From: Alphaproteobacteria bacterium
GTDB taxonomy: Bacteria > Pseudomonadota > Alphaproteobacteria > MPNO01
DNA: 64,000 nucleotides
Direction of reading: 5' to 3'
NCBI GenBank assembly: GCA_965248835.1
Contig: CBDFLJ010000001.1
Location: 2,112,001-2,176,000 of the forward strand
Both the position numbers and the translations under genes were made by a program. The notes under the pieces are model-generated. The model made no database searches. It was not told the DNA's origin and saw nothing but the letters and a program-made list of their open reading frames with translations. Each line of letters begins with the position of its first letter. Within the stretch, counting starts at the first letter, position 1. Positions 50,385-61,165 of this stretch are shown here, piece by piece.

Positions 50385-51138
50385 ACGGGGCGAGCCGGGG
50401 CGGATCCGTAGCGCCACCGTCATTTCCCATGTCGGGTTCGAGGATCTCGGCCGGCTGGCGCCGCTGCTGGCCGAGCGCGGCGTTGCCGTGCGCCATGTCG
50501 ACGGCCCGCGCGAGGACCTCGCGGCGCTGGATCCGGCCGAACCGGACCTGTTGGTGGTTCTTGGCGGGCCGATCGGCGCCTATGAAACCAATTCCTATCC
50601 GTTTCTCGTCCGCGAGACCGCGATCATCGAGGCGCGGCTCGCCGCCGATCGGCCGACGCTCGGCATCTGCCTCGGCGCGCAGCTCATGGCCCAGGCGCTG
50701 GGGGCGCGGGTCTACCCATCGGGCGTCAAGGAGATCGGCTGGTCGCCGCTGGACCTGAGCGCGGCAGGGCGCCGATCGTGCCTGGCGCCGGTCGGCGCGC
50801 CGGGGCTGTCGGTGCTGCACTGGCACGGCGATACCTTCGACATGCCCGGCGGGGCGGTCCATCTGGCATCCAGTGCGGTGTGCGACAACCAGGCCTTCGG
50901 CTGGGGCGTCAACGGGCTGGGGCTCCAGTTCCATCTAGAGACCGGTCACGCGGCTCTGGAGTCATGGTTCGTCGGGCACGCGGTCGAGATCGCCGGGGCC
51001 GGGCTCTCGGTCGAGGCCTTGCGGGCCGACAGCGCGCGTCTGGCGCCGGCCTGCAACGCAGCGGGACGGACGGCGCTGGCGGCCTGGCTCGATGGCCTGA
51101 CTACCGGTGGAGGACACGGCGGATCAGCGGGACCGTGA
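50374..51138 (+). CDS. Type 1 glutamine amidotransferase-like protein
   Basis: LGICLGAQL, WHGD, QFHLE triad. Confidence 0.9.
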   Translation: MSAERGEPGRIRSATVISHVGFEDLGRLAPLLAERGVAVRHVDGPREDLAALDPAEPDLLVVLGGPIGAYETNSYPFLVRETAIIEARLAADRPTLGICLGAQLMAQALGARVYPSGVKEIGWSPLDLSAAGRRSCLAPVGAPGLSVLHWHGDTFDMPGGAVHLASSAVCDNQAFGWGVNGLGLQFHLETGHAALESWFVGHAVEIAGAGLSVEALRADSARLAPACNAAGRTALAAWLDGLTTGGGHGGSAGP

Positions 51139-51751
51139 TCGGCCGGTGTTCGGCGAGCGCCAGGGCGTCGGCCTCCGCGATGGTCCGTCTGGCGGCCTCG
51201 AAGCTTCGCTCCATGTGGCGGACGAGATAGCCGATCACATCCTCGCCCGCATCGAGTTGGCGGTCGCGCAGCATCTTGGCGAGGACGGCGGCGATCAGGG
51301 CGTCGTCGGGTCGGCCGATCGTGACGGTGGGCGCCGAGCGCAGCCGCGAGACCAGGTCCGGAAGACGATCGTGCCATCGCCCCGGGGGCACGCGTGCGGT
51401 TGCAAGGACATCGACGGCGGCATCCTTGGCCCGGTTGAGCGCGTGGAACAGCGCGACGTCATCGTCGGCCTCATCGACCGCCTCGATCACCAGATGGCAC
51501 GGACCCACGGCGTCGGGGTCGATCCGCTCGGCGCCGAGCATGGCCGCGCCCGACACCGCACGCCAGACATGGGCAAGGTGGGTCTTACCGCCGCCTTCCG
51601 GGCCGCACAACACCAGCACCCGCCCGGGCCAGTCAGGCCAGGCATCGACCCACCTGAGCGCATCGCGGTTGCTGTCGGCGACCAGAAAATCCTCGCGCCC
51701 GTAGGCCGGCCGCTGCTCCAGCGCCAGGGGGAGCTGCGTTTCAGCCGCCAT
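51101..51751 (-). CDS. hdaA: HdaA/DnaA regulatory inactivator-like ATPase
   Basis: QLPL clamp-binding motif, GPEGGGKTHL, LPDLVSRL, MERS. Confidence 0.88.
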   Translation of the reverse strand: MAAETQLPLALEQRPAYGREDFLVADSNRDALRWVDAWPDWPGRVLVLCGPEGGGKTHLAHVWRAVSGAAMLGAERIDPDAVGPCHLVIEAVDEADDDVALFHALNRAKDAAVDVLATARVPPGRWHDRLPDLVSRLRSAPTVTIGRPDDALIAAVLAKMLRDRQLDAGEDVIGYLVRHMERSFEAARRTIAEADALALAEHRPITVPLIRRVLHR

Positions 51752-52817
51752 CGGACTCCGGGCCGTCCGGGGCATAGAGTGGGCTCGCCTGATACCGGGT
51801 GATGACGAAGCGGGCCAGCACGCCGATCGTGGCCGCGGCCGGCACCGCCAGCATGATGCCCAGGAACCCGAACAGCGCACCGCCGGCAAGCAGAGCGAAG
51901 ATCATCCAGACCGGGTGCAGCCCGACCCGGTCGCCGACCAGCTTGGGGGTGATGAAATTGCCCTCGGCGATCTGGCCGATGGCAAAGACGCCGGCGATCA
52001 TCGCGACCGGCTGCCAGCTATCGAACTGGGCGAAGGCGAGCCCGAGGCCGAGCACCAGTCCGGTGAGCATGCCGAAATAGGGGACGAACGAGATGAGTCC
52101 GGTGACCAGCCCGACGACGATGCCGAATTCGAGCCCGACGACCGACAGGCCGATCGCGTAGAAGATCCCCAGCCCGAGGCAGACGACCGCCTGGCCGCGC
52201 GCGAATCCGGCCAGGGTCCGGTCGATCAGCCGGACCTGCTCGCGGATGGTCTCGGCGTTCCCGCGGGGCAGCCAGCGATCGATGCTTGCGATGATCAAAT
52301 CCCAGTCGCGCAGCAGGTAGAAGGCCACGATCGGGGTGATCACGACCAGCGACAGCAGGTTGAACAGCGCCAGTCCGCCGCTCCAGATCCCCGACGCGAG
52401 CCGGCCCAGCCAGCCGACGACGGTCGCCGCCGTGCCGCTGGCCGCCTCGCGCAGGCGCGCGATGTCCTCTTCCGACATGTTCGCCTGGACGATGTTCAGC
52501 GCCTCCTCCGCGCCGGCGCGCAGAATCTCGGCATAGACCGGCACCCGGCTGATGAAGCCCAGCACCTGGGATTGCAGCAGCGGCACCAGAAGGACCAAGA
52601 ACGCGGCGACTGCGACCAGGAAGACGATCGTCAAGGCGGTCGCGGACAGCGCGCGCGACAGTCCCCATCGTTCCAACCGATCGGCTACCGGGTCGAGGAA
52701 GTAAGCGACCGCCATGCCGAGCACGAAAGGCAGCAGGATCGCGCGCAGCAGGTAGACAACGATCAGGAGCGCCAGCAAACCGAAGAGCCAGAGCGCGAGC
52801 CTGCGATCCCGGCTCAT
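51741..52817 (-). CDS. AI-2E family transporter
   Basis: AYFLDP, FVPYFG, PKLVGDRVGLHP. Confidence 0.92.
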   Translation of the reverse strand: MSRDRRLALWLFGLLALLIVVYLLRAILLPFVLGMAVAYFLDPVADRLERWGLSRALSATALTIVFLVAVAAFLVLLVPLLQSQVLGFISRVPVYAEILRAGAEEALNIVQANMSEEDIARLREAASGTAATVVGWLGRLASGIWSGGLALFNLLSLVVITPIVAFYLLRDWDLIIASIDRWLPRGNAETIREQVRLIDRTLAGFARGQAVVCLGLGIFYAIGLSVVGLEFGIVVGLVTGLISFVPYFGMLTGLVLGLGLAFAQFDSWQPVAMIAGVFAIGQIAEGNFITPKLVGDRVGLHPVWMIFALLAGGALFGFLGIMLAVPAAATIGVLARFVITRYQASPLYAPDGPESDGG

Positions 52818-53359
52818 TGCACCCGTTCCGGCCGCAGCAGCCGGCGCCAGCACCAGACCAGGTACCAGCTCCCCGAGGCGATCGTCGAGGCGATGACCAC
52901 ATACCCCAGCACGTCGACCATGCCGAGCAGGTCGAGCGCAAGCGCCAGGTCGCCCAGCACGACGGCCACGAAGAATACCTGGACGCCGGTATTGATCCGG
53001 CTGAGCTGGGCCGCGCGGTCGGGGAACGGCGCATTGAGCAGCACCATCAGCCCGACGCCGCAAACAATCAGGAAATCACGCAACACGACGATGGCGACCA
53101 CCGGCATGGCGATTGCGCCCTGGAGGCCGAGCACGATGTAGACGCTGACGATCAGGGCCTTGTCGGCGAGCGGGTCAAGGATGCGCCCGGCGCGCGAGCG
53201 CTGATGGAGCAGCGTGGCAATCGTCCCGTCGACGGCATCGGATACGCCGGCGAGCGCGAAGGCAACGAACGCCCAGCCATAGCGACCTTCGAGGATCAGA
53301 TGCACGATCAGCGGGACGGCCAGAAGCCGCGCCAGCGTGATCGTGATGGGTATATTCAT
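52814..53359 (-). CDS. CDP-alcohol phosphatidyltransferase
   Basis: SDAVDGTIA...GRILDPLADK. Confidence 0.9.
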   Translation of the reverse strand: MNIPITITLARLLAVPLIVHLILEGRYGWAFVAFALAGVSDAVDGTIATLLHQRSRAGRILDPLADKALIVSVYIVLGLQGAIAMPVVAIVVLRDFLIVCGVGLMVLLNAPFPDRAAQLSRINTGVQVFFVAVVLGDLALALDLLGMVDVLGYVVIASTIASGSWYLVWCWRRLLRPERVQ

Positions 53360-54546
53360 TCCGGCCCGGCCTCCCCGGTCTCCTCGTCGGCCGCAGGAGT
53401 GCTCTTGGGCAGGGCCCGCGCGTTGCCTCGGTCCGTCTCCCGGCGCGCCAGGCGGAGCACCCAGTCCTCGTCCTCCCGGGACAGGCGCAGGTCCCTGCGG
53501 ACCAGCGCGCCGGCAAGCTGGCGTTGATCGCCGTAATAGCGCAGCCTGATGTGCGCCTGCCCGCGGGACAGCGACAGGACGCGGCTCTGCTCGATCGAAG
53601 GGATCTCGGCCAGGGCGCGGGAGATCCGCACCCATTGCGCGAGCCCAGCGATGGGAACGACGGCCTGGAGCTGGTTTTCCTGATCGAAGCGCAGCATGTG
53701 GCGCGCCTTCCACGCCTCCTGGAGTCCGCGCGCGGTCCGGTGCGCCGCTGACCGGACGAGCTGGTCCACCGTTTCCGCGGCCGCCGCCCGATAGCTTTCG
53801 ATGATCGTCCGGCGGCCGGGGCCCATGCCGTACCGGCTCAATGTCACCTGGACCAGCGGGCGCCGGTCGATCCCGTGGGACAGGGCGGCGATGGCGACGA
53901 CGATTTCGGCAGTGTCGTAGCGCGCAGCGATCGCCTGCAGCCGGGCCGGATTGCCGTTGGCGGCCTGTGCAGCGCTGATGTCCCGGACGTCCTGCAGGTC
54001 GCCCAAGGGGACGACCAGCGGCACCAGATCGCCGGTATCGGGAAGGTTCGACCAGGCCTCGCGCCACAGGTTGGGCTGGTCCCACAACAGGTAGGTGCCG
54101 GCGCTGCGCAAAACCGGCAGGACCAAGGTCGGCCGGCCCGTGGTTTCGGCGAACGCAATGCCGGTCGCGCGCAGGAATCGGCGCACCGAGTCGCGGTCGA
54201 ACTGGAAGGTCAGCCGAGCGAGGTAGCGAACCGTGGAGGTCTTTTCGTCGGCGACCTCGAAGCTGCGGACCATCGGGGCCACCTCGGCATGGCCCAGGCG
54301 CGGGACGTTCGCCGAATCGGCGGCCTGGACGATGCGATCGATCAGGCGCCGGAATGCGAGCACATGGCCCTGGGCGATGGCGAGCTCGCGCGCCGCGTTC
54401 GCGTTCGCGGCGGTCGCATCAACGGCGACCCCGGTGACCCGAAAGACCGGGTCATCGGCCGCCCGAGACCCCGCCCCCCCAGCGGCGGCGACGAAGATCG
54501 CCACGGCAAGCCCGCCCACGCGCGCGGCAGCAAGGAGGAATGTCAT
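53356..54546 (-). CDS. DUF2066 domain exported protein; start uncertain
   Basis: Signal peptide, VAVDATAANA.AAR, VPLGDLQD; usual position divergent from purM. Confidence 0.75.
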   Translation of the reverse strand: MTFLLAAARVGGLAVAIFVAAAGGAGSRAADDPVFRVTGVAVDATAANANAARELAIAQGHVLAFRRLIDRIVQAADSANVPRLGHAEVAPMVRSFEVADEKTSTVRYLARLTFQFDRDSVRRFLRATGIAFAETTGRPTLVLPVLRSAGTYLLWDQPNLWREAWSNLPDTGDLVPLVVPLGDLQDVRDISAAQAANGNPARLQAIAARYDTAEIVVAIAALSHGIDRRPLVQVTLSRYGMGPGRRTIIESYRAAAAETVDQLVRSAAHRTARGLQEAWKARHMLRFDQENQLQAVVPIAGLAQWVRISRALAEIPSIEQSRVLSLSRGQAHIRLRYYGDQRQLAGALVRRDLRLSREDEDWVLRLARRETDRGNARALPKSTPAADEETGEAGPE

Positions 54547-54691
54547 TTTTCCCGTTCTCTGAGACGCCATACGAACACGGAAAACCGACGATTGAAAACC
54601 GCCGCCGTTCAACTATCCTCGCAACACCTGGAGGAGCGCCGACGCCGGCTCGTCCGGGTCATAGTACCATTTTCGACATTGCGGAGCAGTC

Positions 54692-55753
54692 ATTAACCGT
54701 TCCCGTTACAAGCAGGCCGGTGTCGACGTGGACGCCGCCGCAGATCTGGTGGATGCGATCCGGCCGATGGCGCGCGCGACCGCCCGGCCCGGCACGATGG
54801 GCGAGATCGGCGGGTTCGGCGGGCTGTTCGACCTCAGGGCGGCGGGCTTCGAGGACCCGGTTCTGGTGGCCGCGACAGACGGCGTCGGCACCAAGCTCAA
54901 GATCGCCATAGACACCGGCAGGCACCGCACGATCGGCATCGATCTGGTGGCGATGTGCGTGAACGACATCGTGGTGCAGGGCGCGGAGCCATTGTTTTTC
55001 CTTGATTATTATGCGATGGGCAGGCTCGAGCGCAGGGTCGCCGAGGATGTCCTGGCGGGCATTGCCGCGGGCTGCGAGCAAGCCGGATGCGCGCTGATCG
55101 GCGGCGAGACAGCGGAGATGCCCGGCCTCTACGGTGTCGGCGACTACGACCTAGCGGGCTTCGCGGTGGGCGCGGCCGAGCGTGGTGGATTGCTCACCGG
55201 CGAAACGATCACCGAAGGCTGCACCGTTCTTGGTCTCGCCTCGAGCGGCGTGCATGCAAACGGGTTCTCGCTGGTCCGCCGCATCGTTGCCGACGCCGGT
55301 CTTGGCTACGAGGACGCAGCGCCGTTCTCCGGGACAAGCCTCGCCGAGGCGCTGCTGGCGCCGACCCGGATCTATGTCCGGGCGGCGCTTGCCGCCCACA
55401 GGGCCGGCCTGGTGCGCGGCCTGGCCCACATCACCGGCGGCGGGCTCATCGACAATATCGCGCGTGTTCTGCCCGAGGGCCTCGCAGTCGAGATCGATCC
55501 GGCCGCCTGGCCCCTGCCGGCGGTCTTTTCCTGGCTCGCGGAGGCTGGCGCAGTGCCTCCGGCCGAGCTTGCCCGGACGTTCAACTGCGGAATCGGAATG
55601 GCGGTGATCGCCGATCCCGGCGATTCCGCCCCGGCGCGGCGCGTTCTGGAATCCGCTGGCGAGCGAGTCTGGCCGATCGGTGCGGTGGTTCGGCGCACGC
55701 CCGGCCTGCCGGCGGTGCTGTTGTCCGACAACGGCGCGGCATGGCGCGGCTGA
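54692..55753 (+). CDS. purM: Phosphoribosylformylglycinamidine cyclo-ligase (probable ATT start)
   Basis: [36 protein letters not shown]. Confidence 0.96.
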   Translation: MNRSRYKQAGVDVDAAADLVDAIRPMARATARPGTMGEIGGFGGLFDLRAAGFEDPVLVAATDGVGTKLKIAIDTGRHRTIGIDLVAMCVNDIVVQGAEPLFFLDYYAMGRLERRVAEDVLAGIAAGCEQAGCALIGGETAEMPGLYGVGDYDLAGFAVGAAERGGLLTGETITEGCTVLGLASSGVHANGFSLVRRIVADAGLGYEDAAPFSGTSLAEALLAPTRIYVRAALAAHRAGLVRGLAHITGGGLIDNIARVLPEGLAVEIDPAAWPLPAVFSWLAEAGAVPPAELARTFNCGIGMAVIADPGDSAPARRVLESAGERVWPIGAVVRRTPGLPAVLLSDNGAAWRG

Positions 55754-56406
55754 GGCTCGCGGTCCTGATCTCCGGACGCGGGTCGAACCTGCAAGCCCTG
55801 ATCGATGCCTGCGCGGAGACGGGCTATCCCGCCGAGATCGGCCTGGTGATCTCCAACCGTGCCGATGCGGCGGGGCTCAAGCGCGCCGAGAGGGCGGGCA
55901 TCGCAACCCGGGTGATCGACCATCGCGGGTTCCCCGACCGGGAATCCTTCGAGCGCGCGCTCGATGAGGCGATCACCGCCTCGGGCTGCGGCCTGGTGTG
56001 CCTGGCCGGGTTCTTGCGCCTTCTGACCGCTTGGTTCGTCGGGCGCTGGCGCGACCGGCTGATCAACGTCCACCCCTCGCTGCTGCCGGCCTACAAGGGC
56101 TTGGACACCCATGCCCGCGTGCTGGCCGATGGCGTCCGGATCACCGGCTGCACGGTGCATTTTGTGCGCGCGGCGATGGACGCGGGACCGATCATCGTCC
56201 AGGCCGCCGTCGCGGTTCTGCCCGATGACGATGCCGGGCGGCTCGCGGCCCGCGTGCTGGAGGCCGAACACCGCTGCTATCGGCTGGCCGTGCGCCTGAT
56301 TGCCGAAGGGCGCGTGGCGGTGTGCGAGGAGCGCGTGGCGATCGCAGGGCCGGTTGCGGTCGGGGAGACGCTGTTCGTGCCGGCTGGCACGGCTTCGCCG
56401 TCCTGA
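55741..56406 (+). CDS. purN: Phosphoribosylglycinamide formyltransferase
   Basis: [21 protein letters not shown]. Confidence 0.97.
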   Translation: MARLRLAVLISGRGSNLQALIDACAETGYPAEIGLVISNRADAAGLKRAERAGIATRVIDHRGFPDRESFERALDEAITASGCGLVCLAGFLRLLTAWFVGRWRDRLINVHPSLLPAYKGLDTHARVLADGVRITGCTVHFVRAAMDAGPIIVQAAVAVLPDDDAGRLAARVLEAEHRCYRLAVRLIAEGRVAVCEERVAIAGPVAVGETLFVPAGTASPS

Positions 56407-56470
56407 GCACCGCTGCGGCCGCGCCGGCGCCCGTGCCGATGGCGTTCTTTCTTATGCCGGCGGGGACGCC

Positions 56471-56893
56471 TCAGCCGACGATTTCGAGGTCGGAGAAAAA
56501 GAATCCGATCTCGATGGCCGCGTTGTCCGTCGAATCGGAGCCATGCACCGAGTTCGCTTCGATCGATTCACCGAACTCGTTGCGGATCGTCCCCTTCGCG
56601 GCGTTGGCCGGGTTGGTCGCCCCCATCACCGCTCGGTTCTTGGCAACGGCGTCCTCGCCCTCGAGCACCTGGACCACGACCGGGCCCGATGACATGAAGG
56701 TGCACAGATCGTCGAAGAACGCCCGCTCGGCATGGACGGCATAGAACCGTTCGGCCTGTTCCTGGCCCAGCCACAAGCGGCGCTGAGCGACGATCCGAAG
56801 GCCAGCGGACTCCAGGCGCGCGTTGATCTGACCCGTCAGGTTGCGGCGGGTCGCATCAGGCTTGATGATCGAGAGGGTTCGTTCAACGGCCAT
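56471..56893 (-). CDS. ndk: Nucleoside-diphosphate kinase
   Basis: [18 protein letters not shown]. Confidence 0.98.
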   Translation of the reverse strand: MAVERTLSIIKPDATRRNLTGQINARLESAGLRIVAQRRLWLGQEQAERFYAVHAERAFFDDLCTFMSSGPVVVQVLEGEDAVAKNRAVMGATNPANAAKGTIRNEFGESIEANSVHGSDSTDNAAIEIGFFFSDLEIVG

Positions 56894-57029
56894 ATCTTGC
56901 TTATCGTCCCTGTGCCAGATGAGCGCGGCCTTATATCTGCATCCCCGACGGGCTTCAACCGGCTTGTCTCGATCGGCGCGGCGGGTTTGAATCGGTCGGC
57001 ATCCGACCGCAAGGCTGGGATATGTGCCG

Positions 57030-57905
57030 ATGGATCAGAAAAAGGTCGTCGTAACCGGCGGCAGCGGCAATCTCGGTGCGACAACCATCCAGGAGCTGAT
57101 CGCGTCCGGCTATGCGCCGCTGAACCTCGACCTCGCCGCGCCGCGCGAAAAGCGCTGCGAGTCCTGGACCTGCGACCTGACGCGCTCGGGCGACCTCTAC
57201 GAGGCCGTCCGGGGCGCGGATGCGGTGATCCACCTGGCGGCCTATCAGGCACCGGACATGGCATCGGACAGCGAGGTGTTCAGGAACAACGTCACCGCCA
57301 GCTACAACGTCCTCAAGGCGGCGACGGACATGGGGGTGCGGCGCGTGGTGATGGCCTCGTCGGTGGCGGCCTACGGCTTCCTCTACGCGCCCAGGATGTG
57401 GTCGCCGGACTATCTGCCGCTCGATGAAGACTATCCCTGCAGGCCGCAGGACCCGTACGCGCTGTCGAAGGTGTTCGGCGAACAGCTCGCGGATTCGTTC
57501 GTCTCGCTGGGCGCGACCTCGGTAGCCAGCCTCCGGCTGAGCGGGGTCAATTTCGATCCCACCTTCGCATCGCTGCCTCAACGGTGGGCCGATCCGGGGG
57601 CCAAGATCGGAACGTTCTGGAGCTATGTCGACGTGCGCGACGCCGCCCTCGCCTGCCGGCTCGCCGTCGAGGCCGAGATCGGCGGGCACCGGGTCGTCAA
57701 CATCGCCGCGGCGACCAGCCGCCACCTCGAGCCCACCGCCGATCTCGTGCGCGAGCATCTGCCCGGAACCAGGATCAAAGAGGGCTTGACGGGACACTGG
57801 GGCGGGCTCGACACCACCCGGGCGAAGGATCTTCTGAGGTTCGAGGCCAAGCATGTGTGGCGGGACTATATCCGTCCCGACGGCAGCCCGATCGCAAGGC
57901 GATAG
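57030..57905 (+). CDS. NAD-dependent epimerase/dehydratase family protein
   Basis: [17 protein letters not shown]. Confidence 0.9.
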   Translation: MDQKKVVVTGGSGNLGATTIQELIASGYAPLNLDLAAPREKRCESWTCDLTRSGDLYEAVRGADAVIHLAAYQAPDMASDSEVFRNNVTASYNVLKAATDMGVRRVVMASSVAAYGFLYAPRMWSPDYLPLDEDYPCRPQDPYALSKVFGEQLADSFVSLGATSVASLRLSGVNFDPTFASLPQRWADPGAKIGTFWSYVDVRDAALACRLAVEAEIGGHRVVNIAAATSRHLEPTADLVREHLPGTRIKEGLTGHWGGLDTTRAKDLLRFEAKHVWRDYIRPDGSPIARR

Positions 57906-57936
57906 AGCCCGTTGCCGACGCGCCGGACCTGGCCGC

Positions 57937-58389
57937 TCAGCCGTCCTTCCTTTCCCAGCCGCCGCGCCCGGTCTGCTGCCAATAGGTGAGGCCGTGGCCA
58001 TCGGCGGCGTAGGCCTTCCAGCGCGTGCGGGCGGTTCCGACGGCCGCCTCGTCGTTGCCGTCAAACATCTCAAGACAGCGCTGGAAGGCGCCGACATCGG
58101 CCGAGCACGCGCCGTCGGTCAGCACCAGAATGGCGGCCCCGTTGGGGTTCTCGTCTTCCTCGGTGATCCAGATCGGCTGGTCGGCAGCGGCGCCGCTGCG
58201 GGCGGTGCCGTGCGGCAGGAAGGAGGCCGGATCGTAGGTCCAGAGCACCGAATCGAGCATGTCGACCCGCTCGGCGGAGCCCGCCATCACCACCGCACGC
58301 GCGCCGCTGGCATAGACCTTCTCCAGCAGCTTCGGCAACGCACGCTCGAGCGGGCTGCGCGTGAGGTGGTAGAAGCCGATATCGGTCAC
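57937..58389 (-). CDS. holC: DNA polymerase III subunit chi
   Basis: FYHL, LWTY..SFLPHG, ARTRWK. Confidence 0.93.
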   Translation of the reverse strand: MTDIGFYHLTRSPLERALPKLLEKVYASGARAVVMAGSAERVDMLDSVLWTYDPASFLPHGTARSGAAADQPIWITEEDENPNGAAILVLTDGACSADVGAFQRCLEMFDGNDEAAVGTARTRWKAYAADGHGLTYWQQTGRGGWERKDG

Positions 58390-58414
58390 TGATGGCGCCT
58401 CCTCGACCGGGAGC

Positions 58415-59914
58415 TCAGCCCTCGTAGTTGGCGCGCACCAGCTCGTCGAGCAGCCGGACGCCGAACGCGGTGCCGCCCTTCGGCACGGTGGGCGTGTCCG
58501 CCTTCGACCAGGTCACCCCGGCGATGTCGAGATGGGCCCACGGCGTGCCGTCCTTGATGAACCGCTTGAGGAACTGGGCGGCGGTAATCGACCCGCCGTC
58601 GCGCCCGCCGACATTCTTCATGTCGGCAATGTCGGAGTTGATTTGCTTGTCGTAGGCCTCGCCCAACGGCATCCGCCACACCGGCTCACCGACGGCGTTA
58701 CCCGATCCCAGGAGCCGCTCGGACAGCGTGTCGTCGTTGGCAAACAGGCCGGCACGCTCGTGGCCGAGCGAGATGATGATCGCGCCGGTCAGCGTCGCGA
58801 GATCGACGATCGTGTGCGGGTTGTGCTTCTCCTGGCAATACCAGAGGGCGTCGCCCAGCACCAGCCGGCCCTCGGCATCGGTGTTGATCACCTCGACCGT
58901 CTGACCCGACATGGTGGTGACCACGTCGCCCGGGCGCTGGGCGGTCGCCGAGGGCATGTTCTCGACCAGGCCGACGATGCCCACGGCGTTGACCTTGGCC
59001 TTGCGCCCGGCGAGCGCCCGCATCAGCCCGATCACCACCGCAGCGCCGGCCATGTCCCACTTCATGTCTTCCATGCCACCGGCCTGCTTGATCGAGATGC
59101 CGCCGGTGTCGAACGTCACGCCCTTGCCGACGAAGGCGATCGGCCGCTTCTGCTTGGTCCGCGGCACGCCGTTCCAACGCATCACGACCAGGCGGGGATC
59201 GTGGGCGCTGCCCTGGGCGACGCCGAGCAGGGCGCCCATGCCGAGCTTCTTCATCTGCCTTGTATCCAGGACCTCGACCGCGACGCCGAGCTCGGTCAGC
59301 GCCGCCGCACGCTCGGCCAGGCTCTGCGGGAAGATCACGTTAGCCGGCTCGGAGACCAGGTCGCGGGTCATGAAGACGCCTTCGGCGACCTTGGCCAGCG
59401 GCGCGAAGGCTTTCCTCGCCGCGGCATGCGCCGACGTCATCACGCTCAGGGCGCCGAGGCTGGGCTTGTCCTCGGTCTTCTCCTTGGTGCGGTACTTGTC
59501 GAACCGGTAGGCCCGCAGCATCGCCCCGTAGCCGAGATTGGCCGCAAACGCGCCGGCCGCCATGACCGCCGCTGGTGGGCTTTCCAGGGAGACCGCCACC
59601 GACTTGTCGCCGCCGTTGGCGAGGCTGGCGACGATGGTGCCGCCAGCGGACTGGGCGGCCTTGGCGTCGAGCTTATCGGCCTTGCCGAGGCCCAGCACCA
59701 TCACCCGACTCGCCGCCAGCCCGACGGGTGCGATCAGCATCAGCGTCTGGTTGGCCTTGCCGGTGAACCGGCTCGATTTGATCGCCCGCGAGACTCCCCC
59801 GTCCATCGCCTTATCGACCCGCGCCGCAGTCGCGTCCAGGGTGCCGCCCTCGAATGCGCCGATCACGAGTGCGCCGCTGCGTGGAAGGTTGGGCGCCGCA
59901 AAACTGATCTTCAT
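58415..59914 (-). CDS. pepA: Leucyl aminopeptidase
   Basis: GKGVTFDTGG, MKWDM, NTDAEGRL, HLDIAG. Confidence 0.97.
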   Translation of the reverse strand: MKISFAAPNLPRSGALVIGAFEGGTLDATAARVDKAMDGGVSRAIKSSRFTGKANQTLMLIAPVGLAASRVMVLGLGKADKLDAKAAQSAGGTIVASLANGGDKSVAVSLESPPAAVMAAGAFAANLGYGAMLRAYRFDKYRTKEKTEDKPSLGALSVMTSAHAAARKAFAPLAKVAEGVFMTRDLVSEPANVIFPQSLAERAAALTELGVAVEVLDTRQMKKLGMGALLGVAQGSAHDPRLVVMRWNGVPRTKQKRPIAFVGKGVTFDTGGISIKQAGGMEDMKWDMAGAAVVIGLMRALAGRKAKVNAVGIVGLVENMPSATAQRPGDVVTTMSGQTVEVINTDAEGRLVLGDALWYCQEKHNPHTIVDLATLTGAIIISLGHERAGLFANDDTLSERLLGSGNAVGEPVWRMPLGEAYDKQINSDIADMKNVGGRDGGSITAAQFLKRFIKDGTPWAHLDIAGVTWSKADTPTVPKGGTAFGVRLLDELVRANYEG

Positions 59915-60025
59915 GGAGGCTCTCCCGTTCGCCGTGGCCGATGTCGGCCCGGACCTTAAGCACGCCGGGCCGGGCATGCAAAGACCGGTTTCCGTTTTCG
60001 CCGATTCCCTGTCGGGTTCGGCGCC

Positions 60026-60964
60026 TTAGCCGATCAGGTCCGGCGTGCCGGGGGCGAACAGCGCCTCGATATCGAGCCTGTGCGGGATGATATGCTGGTC
60101 GCACGCGGTCTGGATCAGGGCTTCCAGGGCCTTGCGGTTGGGCTCCACACCATAGGGAAACGGGTCGCCGCCGAGCCCGTCGCCGAGCGAAACGGTCAGT
60201 TGGTCCTCCTCTGACAGGCTGCCCGATCGGTCGAGTCCGGAAAGATAGGCAGCCTTGGAAACGGCGAGCGCGCCGAACAGGTCGGCCGCCAGGCCCGGGT
60301 GCCGCCGCAGCAGGTCGTCGCGCACCACGACGGTGTGATTGACCGGATAGACGCCGGTCCTGCGATAGGAGGCGAAACCCGCCTCGACGGCATCGGGGAT
60401 CAGCGGCTCGACCGTCGGCGGCACCGCGCCCACCGCGCCGATTGCCGCGACGGCTTCGCCGGATGCAAACAGGTCCGCGATCGCACGGCCCTGCAAATCG
60501 TAATCGGCATTGGGCGGTGGGCGGAACTCCGCGACATGCTCGTCATCGGTCGCGGCCCAGCGCACGCGGTCGAGATCCACACCCAGCTCGTTGGCCAGTA
60601 CGTAGCGCGCCCAGACCCCCGTGGTCACGGTGTAGCCACGGTTGACGGCAACCGTCTTGCCCTCCAGGTCCTTCGGTGTCGAGATCCCGGCGGTGGTGTC
60701 GTAGAAGATCGCCCCATGATGGAAATTCCGGGTCAGGAACACCGGCAGTGCGGTGAACGGCTTGCCGAAGGCCTTGGCGCACAGGTAGGTCGTGATCGGC
60801 ATCTCGCAGATGTCGAAGGCGAACTCGCGCACCATCCGGCGGGCGGCGACCAGGATGTTGTCGAAGGCCGGAAAGTCGATCCGGAATTCCTCACCCAGCG
60901 CGCCGCCGGCCTTCATCTGCCGCATCAGCCCGTAATCGCGCGTCGGCATGCTGAGCGTTTGCAT
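60026..60964 (-). CDS. 4,5-dihydroxyphthalate decarboxylase-like protein (periplasmic-binding fold, no signal peptide)
   Basis: FDICEMPITTY, LPVFLTRNFHH, YTVTTGVW, GVYPVNH, DPFPYGVEPNR. Confidence 0.75.
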   Translation of the reverse strand: MQTLSMPTRDYGLMRQMKAGGALGEEFRIDFPAFDNILVAARRMVREFAFDICEMPITTYLCAKAFGKPFTALPVFLTRNFHHGAIFYDTTAGISTPKDLEGKTVAVNRGYTVTTGVWARYVLANELGVDLDRVRWAATDDEHVAEFRPPPNADYDLQGRAIADLFASGEAVAAIGAVGAVPPTVEPLIPDAVEAGFASYRRTGVYPVNHTVVVRDDLLRRHPGLAADLFGALAVSKAAYLSGLDRSGSLSEEDQLTVSLGDGLGGDPFPYGVEPNRKALEALIQTACDQHIIPHRLDIEALFAPGTPDLIG

Positions 60965-61165
60965 CACCCCGGTCCCTTCAGCCAGGTCGTGCGGCACCGT
61001 CGTGGTCCGGCGCAACGCCGGGGACGGTATCGGAGGGGCTCGCGTCCAGCAACGGCGAAGTGCGGTCCTGCCGCTGAGACATGCTTGAATGGACCGCAGC
61101 GCGGCGCACGCGTATATAATCCGGTTGCGCGACGAAACATCTCACCTGGGTTGCGAAGCCGAACG

